The notes under the pieces were generated by a model, which was not told where the DNA came from, did no database searches, and saw only the letters and a program-made list of their open reading frames with translations. Both the position numbers and the translations under genes were made by a program. A stretch of DNA of 64,000 bases from an uncultured Pirellulales bacterium (lineage in GTDB: Bacteria > Planctomycetota > Phycisphaerae > Sedimentisphaerales > SM23-30): assembly GCA_964482555.1 (NCBI GenBank), contig CAYZXY010000001.1, positions 5,915 through 69,914 on the forward strand. The letters are read 5' to 3'. This document shows, piece by piece, positions 57,982 through 64,000 of the stretch (position 1 is the first letter of the stretch; every line of letters starts with the position of its first letter).

Positions 57982-58830
57982 ATGACTAATCAAAATTCTC
58001 AGGCAGTCGATGTCGCCCGTAATTATTACAACAGCGAGGATGCCGATACCTTTTATTTTACGATCTGGGGCGGCGAAGATATCCATATCGGCTTATACGA
58101 CGATGAACATATTTCCGTCTTCGAGGCCAGCCGGCGGACAGTCGATCGCATGGCCGCGATGTGCCGGAATCTGGAAGATGGCACTGTTTCAGAAGAGGTG
58201 CGGGTGCTGGACATCGGCGCTGGCTATGGAGGCGCGGTGCGTTATCTGGCGGAAAGATTCGGCTGTCAGGTCGTGGCTCTGAATCTCAGCGAAATTGAAA
58301 ACGAACGTGATCGTCAGATGAATAAAGAACAGGGACTCGACCATCTCATCACCGTCGTAGACGGCAACTTCGAAGAACTGCCTTTTGAGAACGACAGCTT
58401 TGATGTGGTCTGGTCTCAGGATGCTATTTTGCACAGCAGCCGGCGCGATCAGGTCATCAAGGAAGCGGCCCGCGTGCTCAAAGCCGGGGGCGAACTGGTC
58501 TTCACCGACCCGATGCAAAGCGATGACTGCCCCGAAAACGTCCTGCAGCCTATTTACGACCGCATCCACCTGTCGTCTCTGGCTTCGCCGGAATACTACA
58601 AAAAGACGGCACGGGCGGCCGGTCTGGAATTCGACACGTTTGAAGATTTGACCGAACAGCTGCCCCGTCATTATCACCGGATTCTTAAAGAAACCCAGGC
58701 CCACGAACCCCGCCTGGAAGGTAAAATCAGCCGCGAATATATCGAAAATATGAAACGCGGCCTGCAACACTGGGTGGACGGCGGCAACAACGGCTACCTG
58801 GCCTGGGGGATATTCCGGTTCGTAAAATAA
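57982..58830 (+). CDS. sarcosine/dimethylglycine N-methyltransferase
   Basis: 282-aa ORF. ARNYYNSEDADTFYFTIWGGEDIHIGLY and VLDIGAGYGGAVRYLA match the SDMT family. It lies directly downstream of GSMT. Confidence 0.85.
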   Translation: MTNQNSQAVDVARNYYNSEDADTFYFTIWGGEDIHIGLYDDEHISVFEASRRTVDRMAAMCRNLEDGTVSEEVRVLDIGAGYGGAVRYLAERFGCQVVALNLSEIENERDRQMNKEQGLDHLITVVDGNFEELPFENDSFDVVWSQDAILHSSRRDQVIKEAARVLKAGGELVFTDPMQSDDCPENVLQPIYDRIHLSSLASPEYYKKTARAAGLEFDTFEDLTEQLPRHYHRILKETQAHEPRLEGKISREYIENMKRGLQHWVDGGNNGYLAWGIFRFVK

Positions 58831-59230
58831 ACCGGCATCAAATTTCAAGAAAAATGAGGAGTCAAAATGATTATATTTGACTCCTCGCAAGTTCCAGATC
58901 AAATTGTACAATAATCCATGAACGCTTATATATACTATAAGCGTTCATTTTTTAACAATTTCCATTGTCTATTTCCGCCGCAGCAAAATCGCCAGCGCAA
59001 TGCCGGCGGCGACTGAACCGGCTGTCCGGAGCCGCTTGAACCATTTCTTTTTTTTCGCCGCTGCGCGGCTGGGCTTTTCATTTTTCATGGAATGCCTAAA
59101 CTCACTATTTTTATACTGCTTTCGATTGAGTTTTCGCTTACACGGATCTTCGTGTCCCTTATTCTACAATTATAACTACCGCAGAAAACAGACACTTTCA
59201 ATCGGCACGACTATAACGTGATAAAACGCG

Positions 59231-60190
59231 TCAACGCGACCCTCTCCAGGGGAAGGGCTGGATATCACCAATTAATTCTTCAACACGATTGTTGACGATC
59301 ATTTCCTTTTGTGATTTCCAGGCATCAATAGTATGCTGACGGGATTCGAGACGCTCCTGAAAATTCCCGTCGCCAAAACCGCGGCCGCCCCGGTCGCCAT
59401 CTCCGCCGCGTCCAAATCCGCGTTCGCCACCAGCTCCGGGGCCGCGTCGCCCCCTGTCGCCAAATCCCTGACCGCCTTCACGGCCGTTCCGGAAGCGATT
59501 TCGTCGCCCTTCACCATCTGCCTGCCCGGTATCGCCTTGCTCATTACTCTGCCACTGGGCCAGTCGTTCCTGCCAGTTGTTCAATCGCAATTCTTCCTGC
59601 TGAATCACGATATCAAACATAGCGCTGACCTCGTTTTTCAATTTCGACCTGATGGCGTCTTTATCGCTTTGACTTTCCGTGACGTTGTATTCCTGAACCA
59701 ACTGTTCGATCTTCAGCGTCTGACGGACCAGTTTCAGGCTGACCTGGCCTATTGCCGGATCGAATCGCATTTGCATCATCACCGGCCCGTAAAGCCTGCC
59801 GACCATGGCCATTTGCCGCTGAAACTGCCGGGGATCCTGCTGCTGCAGATCCAGCAGTTTCTGATGCAATTCAGGCTCATACTGGTGCAGAAACGTCATC
59901 AATTCTACCGGATCGGTCTGCCCCCACCGCGACTGGTCCTGAAAACCTCTTCCCTGGCCGTCAGCGGGACCGCCGAAACCGCGACGCTCCTGTAAATCTG
60001 CCCCACCGCCAAATCCGCGACGCCCACGCTGGCCGCGATTGAAATCACCTTGATTGCCGAAATCACCTTCTTCCTGCATGGACTCATCATACCCCTGATC
60101 AGACTGTCCGAACTGACTATATGTCGCCGGTACAGCCCATAAACCTGCCAAAACGGTCAAACACATCATGTTAAGCCAGACATTTTTCAT
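59231..60190 (-). CDS. secreted helical protein with RG/RGG-rich low-complexity flanks (possibly a Spy/CpxP-like periplasmic partner of the ECF system)
   Basis: 319-aa ORF. Signal peptide, then RGFGG repeats on both sides of a Gln-rich helical core. It overlaps the anti-sigma gene by 20 nt. Confidence 0.45.
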   Translation of the reverse strand: MKNVWLNMMCLTVLAGLWAVPATYSQFGQSDQGYDESMQEEGDFGNQGDFNRGQRGRRGFGGGADLQERRGFGGPADGQGRGFQDQSRWGQTDPVELMTFLHQYEPELHQKLLDLQQQDPRQFQRQMAMVGRLYGPVMMQMRFDPAIGQVSLKLVRQTLKIEQLVQEYNVTESQSDKDAIRSKLKNEVSAMFDIVIQQEELRLNNWQERLAQWQSNEQGDTGQADGEGRRNRFRNGREGGQGFGDRGRRGPGAGGERGFGRGGDGDRGGRGFGDGNFQERLESRQHTIDAWKSQKEMIVNNRVEELIGDIQPFPWRGSR

Positions 60191-60740
60191 AATTACTTTC
60201 CTTTCGTGTAGTGTTGTTGCTAGAACCGTCTTTATTGGACTCGGTTAGCCAACTTGAAATGGCCGATATGGCCAGATCATCATGTTCCGCCGGGTATTCG
60301 CTCTCACGCAGAGCCAGGTCCCAGATTATCGTCATATCGTCCCAGACGCTATCTTCAGTGACAGCGGTCATTTTATCGCTTTCGTCCCCACCGCTATTAA
60401 CCGCATTTGTTCCCTGCCCGGTATGAAACTGATAGAGACCTACCGCCAGAAGCAAAGCCGCGGCTGCCGAAGCCAGATGCAACCGCCATCGATGGCCGCC
60501 GGCTCGGCCAAACCTGCCCGGGGCCGCCCGCCCCGCGGGTGAACTTTCGGATAAATGGCCCTTGAGCATTTTTGCCAGATTATCACGCATATTTCCGGGC
60601 ATTGAGACCGCATCGGCTTTATCCGCCTGCTTCATCATCTCTTCACCTCGGCTGATTTCCTGGAGCATCCGGCGGGCTTCAGCTTCATCAACGCCGCAAG
60701 CGTGCATTATCTCCCTGATGTTCAAATCGTTACGACTCAT
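60171..60740 (-). CDS. putative anti-sigma factor (single-pass membrane protein)
   Basis: 189-aa ORF overlapping the ECF sigma gene by 11 nt. It has a cytoplasmic N-domain and one TM helix (LHLASAAAALLLAVGLYQF). Assigned by context. Confidence 0.55.
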   Translation of the reverse strand: MSRNDLNIREIMHACGVDEAEARRMLQEISRGEEMMKQADKADAVSMPGNMRDNLAKMLKGHLSESSPAGRAAPGRFGRAGGHRWRLHLASAAAALLLAVGLYQFHTGQGTNAVNSGGDESDKMTAVTEDSVWDDMTIIWDLALRESEYPAEHDDLAISAISSWLTESNKDGSSNNTTRKESNYEKCLA

Positions 60741-61308
60741 TTTCGGTCACCTGTGTCATTATTTTATTTAATTTCTTCATGCCGCGATGAACTTTCGACA
60801 ACACCGTACCCAGCGGCAAGCCGTATTGTTCGGCTATATCCTTATAATTCAAGCCGCTGTAGTGTCGCAAAACGATCATTTCCCGTTCTTCCCTAGCCAG
60901 CCGCTTCAGAGCCATTTGCAGTATATCAACCTGTTCGGCGGTTTCCAGCCTGTCGAACTGCTCGTCTGCGACATCACTCACCGCCGGCATAATATCGCCG
61001 TCCGGCATCGCTGCTGTTTTTATCTGACGCTGACGGCTGCGAAAAAAATCCCGCACCATATTTGCCGCCACCCGAAACAACCAACTGTCAAACTTGTTTT
61101 CATGCCGATAGCTACGTATCTTGAGCAGCAGCTTCACAAACAAATCCTGCAAAAGATCTTCGGCCAGATCCGGCGAACCGCAAACCCGATAGAAATACTG
61201 ATACAGTTTGGGACTGTACGCATCGACCAGCCAGACAAAGGACTCGCGGTCGCCCTGTTGACATTGTCTGATTACCTCCGCAAGCTTGTCGTTTTCAAAT
61301 CTATCCAT
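60730..61308 (-). CDS. ECF-type RNA polymerase sigma factor (sigma-24 family)
   Basis: 192-aa ORF with region 2 (DLLQDLFVKLL...FDSWLFRVAANMVRDF) and region 4 (YKDIAEQYGLPLGTVLSKVHRGMKKL). Confidence 0.88.
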   Translation of the reverse strand: MDRFENDKLAEVIRQCQQGDRESFVWLVDAYSPKLYQYFYRVCGSPDLAEDLLQDLFVKLLLKIRSYRHENKFDSWLFRVAANMVRDFFRSRQRQIKTAAMPDGDIMPAVSDVADEQFDRLETAEQVDILQMALKRLAREEREMIVLRHYSGLNYKDIAEQYGLPLGTVLSKVHRGMKKLNKIMTQVTENES

Positions 61309-61564
61309 GGCCGGTCATTTCTAATATACAAAACGTATCTGTTGGCTTGTTATTGCCGGATGCGATTAAAAATACAAAATAATTTTCCACATATTTTTCG
61401 TTCTGCCAGTATTTTTATCGCAAATACAAGCTAAATCTCTTTATAATAACGACTTAAAAATTTCTCGCCTTTAAGGCCCCCTTCCAAAAAACTCTTGCAT
61501 TCCTGTAATTTTCGGATAGAATCGCTGGTCTTTAGCACATTAAAAAGATTAAGGAGATAGCGAT

Positions 61565-61834
61565 ATGGCTCGTGTTTGTCAATTTACCGGAAAACGCACC
61601 CGTGCCGGCAACAGTGTTGCTCGACGTGGTAAGGCCAAATACCTCGGCGGTGTCGGCCGTAAGACCACCGGCGTTACCAAACGGAAGTTCAAACCCAACG
61701 TCCAGAAAGTCCGGGCCCTCGTGGATGGTAAAATTGTCCGCGTCAAAGCCTCGGCCAAAGCCATCAAGCAGGGCATGGTCGTCAAACCGCCTAAACGCAA
61801 CTGGAAACCGGAAACTGAGCAGGCGGAATCCTGA
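61565..61834 (+). CDS. rpmB: 50S ribosomal protein L28
   Basis: 89-aa ORF. MARVCQFTGKRTRAGNSV...RKFKPNVQKV is the L28 signature. Confidence 0.9.
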   Translation: MARVCQFTGKRTRAGNSVARRGKAKYLGGVGRKTTGVTKRKFKPNVQKVRALVDGKIVRVKASAKAIKQGMVVKPPKRNWKPETEQAES

Positions 61835-61910
61835 CCATAATCTATATAATTGATAAAACTTTATCGCTATAAACACGGCATTCCATTCATGATGGAAAGT
61901 TTCGATATTC

Positions 61911-61939
61911 GAGCGAGGCACAACGCCTCGCTTTTTTTA
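61911..61939 (+). terminator. rho-independent terminator of rpmB
   Basis: AGCGAGGC-ACAAC-GCCTCGCT followed by TTTTTTT. Confidence 0.8.
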
Positions 61940-61986
61940 TAGCCAAAGAACGCCCGATAACTCGTTCTTGTTGCGGAAACATATAT

Positions 61987-62005
61987 TGCAGGCATCTTGC
62001 CTGCA
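61987..62005. repeat. REP-like hairpin
   Basis: TGCAGGCA-TCT-TGCCTGCA, a perfect 8-bp stem. The 14-mer GCAGGCATCTTGCC is identical to the valS insertion border at 8857-8870. Confidence 0.6.
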
Positions 62006-62125
62006 TTTAATCACGCTTAAATGTTTGAAATTCGATAATGTTGTATTATGAGATACGTCAAAAAATGTATCAGCAACAGAAACTAACTAGTCGAAATCCC
62101 GGTTAGCAGAATCACCGGTAATCAT

Positions 62126-63019
62126 ATGACCCGGCATCGCAAAAAACTCGTACTGCAAACCTTCCTGATCGTCTTAATTCTAATTGCGGCAGCAGGATTC
62201 ATTTTACGAATCGGCTACGACAAGAACCATTCCCTGGCGAATCTGCTTATTTGCGTCGGGTTTTCAGGGCTCGTCGGGCAGCTCACCAATAAGCTGGCAA
62301 TCCGCATGATTCTGGATTATGTGCATATCCCTTTGGGCCGCAAGCGGTTACGGGTGCCAGGCTCAGGGCTCCTGCAACGAAATCTGCCCCAGCTTATTGA
62401 TTTCATCAGCGAAGGGGCTGCCCAGATTCTCAGTGAAGAGGTCATCAAACGGGAATTCCGCGAACAGCAGGTCGTCAACCGCCTGCTTGAAGTGATTCGG
62501 GTGCAGCTTGAAGCAGAAGATGCCCCGGACCGTATGATGATTCCTGTACTGCGTCTGGTCGAGAAAGCCCTGGAACAGGAAGCGTTTTACCTGCTGCTGC
62601 GGGACCGGATCGTCAAGGGATACGCTAGCGAACAACCCCTCATGCAACTGGCGAATGTCACCGGGATTATCGATTATGACGACCTGACCTACCGGATCAT
62701 TGGGGCTTTACAGCGGCGGCTTTATGAATTGCAATCCTCACCGGAAGCCCATCGAGAAATCGGCAGGCTCCTGCCGGGGCTCTGGGACGAGCTCCAGGCC
62801 CGCAGCGTTCATCTGGAAGAGAGCCTCTTCGAAATGGCCGGCACCCTGCTAGCCCGCTTTGACCTCGCGGCCGCTGTCCGCAACCGATTACTGGAATTCA
62901 CCCCCGCAGAAATACGCGACAAGGTCGAAGAAGGCGCCGCCGACTACCTCGGCTGGATCGAACTCTGGGGCGGCCTCCTGGGCGCCGTTGTCGGCTTGCT
63001 GATGGCCATGATACTGTAA
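62126..63019 (+). CDS. DUF445-like membrane protein
   Basis: 297-aa ORF with N- and C-terminal TM helices. TNKLAIRMIL...GSGLLQRNLPQLIDFISEGAAQIL resembles the DUF445 pattern. Confidence 0.45.
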   Translation: MTRHRKKLVLQTFLIVLILIAAAGFILRIGYDKNHSLANLLICVGFSGLVGQLTNKLAIRMILDYVHIPLGRKRLRVPGSGLLQRNLPQLIDFISEGAAQILSEEVIKREFREQQVVNRLLEVIRVQLEAEDAPDRMMIPVLRLVEKALEQEAFYLLLRDRIVKGYASEQPLMQLANVTGIIDYDDLTYRIIGALQRRLYELQSSPEAHREIGRLLPGLWDELQARSVHLEESLFEMAGTLLARFDLAAAVRNRLLEFTPAEIRDKVEEGAADYLGWIELWGGLLGAVVGLLMAMIL

Positions 63020-63051
63020 GAGACTAATCCCGCCTTCGGGTCGGCATCAAA

Positions 63052-64000
63052 TCATGGACAGACATCAACTACTCGCGTCTCATCAAAACCGCCGAACTTC
63101 AAACCGAAATTTACCGTACAGCCCTGCTCGCCAATGGGAGCGTTTTTGATAATGATGCGAAACGCACCCCGGTCAAAATCAAACTGAGCCAGCGCCACCG
63201 GCCCCGACTCACCACGAGGCAAGTTATACAGATATACATGACGATTGTCCAGCCGCTGCATATCGTCGGCGGGAATAACGGCCGTATAGCTGCCGAAAGT
63301 CAACGAAACATCCTGCCCCGTCAAATCGGTTTCGCCCGCTCCGGCCGCAGTCAATTCCCCCATAACGACCAGACTGTCCAGCCCGGTCTTATGGTTGGGC
63401 TTAAATTTTACCACACTCACGGTCAGACTGTCGGCATAATTCATCAGCAGTTGTGCCGGCATCGGCCGGGCGCCATTCACCACATCACCCGCTTCCCCTT
63501 CGCTGTCATCATATGCCTGTCCCACGCCGGTAACATCGCCAATCGTCACCGTTGCCGTCATCGGACTATCCAGTCCCGTCAAATCAATATTATTCGCCAG
63601 CAGCAGCAGCGAATGCCGCTCAATATCGATCATCAGCATCTTCACCGCCGACGTTTTACTTTTGAGAATGAACCGTCCTTTTTTGTACGCAAAGACCGGT
63701 TTCCCGCCATCCGATTCCAGTAAAAGGCTCTCCTGCAGCACGCTTTCATTATGGCTGTTCTTAAGTTCGATGTGTATGCTCTCGCTGCCCAGCACGGTCG
63801 CCTCATCGACCACAAACGCACTGCCGAAAATCATAATGGAATCACGATAGACCTCTCGGGTCGGATCACGGTTCGGCTCCGCTTTTACCAGACATTTATC
63901 AATCACAAACGGTCTCTCTTCCGGCAGCGATTCGCCAAAACTGACCGTTATTTTTTTTTCGGGAACGTCCGCATATTCAATAACCGGGATATCCCCCTGC
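63052..64000 (-). CDS. hypothetical protein, 5'-partial (the frame stays open to the window end)
   Basis: The ORF track starts at GTG 63906, but the same frame stays open upstream to 64000 (…QGDIPVIEYADVPEKKITVSFGESLPEERPF-VIDK). No family was recognised. Confidence 0.5.
   Translation of the reverse strand, partial: QGDIPVIEYADVPEKKITVSFGESLPEERPFVIDKCLVKAEPNRDPTREVYRDSIMIFGSAFVVDEATVLGSESIHIELKNSHNESVLQESLLLESDGGKPVFAYKKGRFILKSKTSAVKMLMIDIERHSLLLLANNIDLTGLDSPMTATVTIGDVTGVGQAYDDSEGEAGDVVNGARPMPAQLLMNYADSLTVSVVKFKPNHKTGLDSLVVMGELTAAGAGETDLTGQDVSLTFGSYTAVIPADDMQRLDNRHVYLYNLPRGESGPVALAQFDFDRGAFRIIIKNAPIGEQGCTVNFGLKFGGFDETRVVDVCP

Noticed and set aside
5204-61434. Other large antisense ORFs: 5204-5920, 18198-18860, 25336-26127, 30770-31600, 32170-32940, 33542-34207, 41958-42968, 57101-57925, 58189-58911, 59333-59995, 60787-61434, 61532-61921
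   Set aside because: Each lies entirely within, and opposite to, a gene with clear family motifs (ankyrin, polyprenyl synthase, HD-GYP, nifS, cysK, PPIase, DUF354, GSMT, SDMT, ECF sigma, L28). They are treated as shadow ORFs.
63951-63959. T9 homopolymer (A9 on the coding strand) in the partial ORF at the window end, as a possible phase-variation tract
   Set aside because: It is a single moderate-length run encoding EKKI in an unrecognised protein, with no supporting evidence of slippage.
1-64000. Search for tRNA, rRNA, tmRNA, RNase P, SRP RNA and known riboswitch cores
   Set aside because: I spotted no T-loop/acceptor patterns (GGTTCGAATCC-like), no GAGGAAAGTCC (RNase P) and no glycine, SAM or cobalamin riboswitch cores by eye. 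Absence is provisional without tRNAscan or Infernal.

Overview
This 64-kb chromosomal window holds about 50 credible protein genes. I found no rRNA, tRNA or CRISPR array by eye.

Gene content, in order:
- Housekeeping genes: tgt (partial), rpe, valS, araA, cysK, rpmB, nifU/nifS-type Fe-S assembly, and isoprenoid/quinone prenyltransferases.
- Three PEP-CTERM proteins.
- c-di-GMP enzymes (PAS-GGDEF, HD-GYP) and two sigma factors.
- A roughly 17-kb surface-glycan cluster (34.5-51.7 kb).
- A 1405-aa AsmA-like protein.
- A two-gene glycine-to-betaine methylation operon (GSMT/SDMT).

This content suggests a halotolerant anaerobe of the PVC group (Planctomycetota/Phycisphaerae-like). That is inference only.

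Most unusual observations:
1. valS is one intact 1213-codon ORF. It carries, in frame and just before the ATTRPET editing motif, a complete RayT/IS200-like HUH (Y1) transposase gene with its own SD-like sequence and ATG, an intact HUH motif and no stop codon. The block is visibly AT-richer than the rest of valS.
2. The embedded gene is bracketed by small GGCA-N3-TGCC hairpins. The same REP-like hairpin recurs in three intergenic regions of the window.
3. A 101-bp structured MITE-like element flanked by TA occurs about 12 times. One copy splits a cation-diffusion-facilitator gene, and removing 103 bp restores a 399-codon ORF. Seven copies lie within 45 nt of start codons.

Secondary items:
- a TPR protein with two tandem RNA polymerase alpha-CTD-like domains
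- an HUH-less Y1 paralogue
- operator-like inverted repeats upstream of the nifUS operon
- a CGTCAT-motif cluster in an intergenic gap
- a B12-radical-SAM/methyltransferase pair in the glycan cluster

All calls come from reading the sequence and the ORF track. No searches were run. Repeat boundaries are accurate to about 2 nt.
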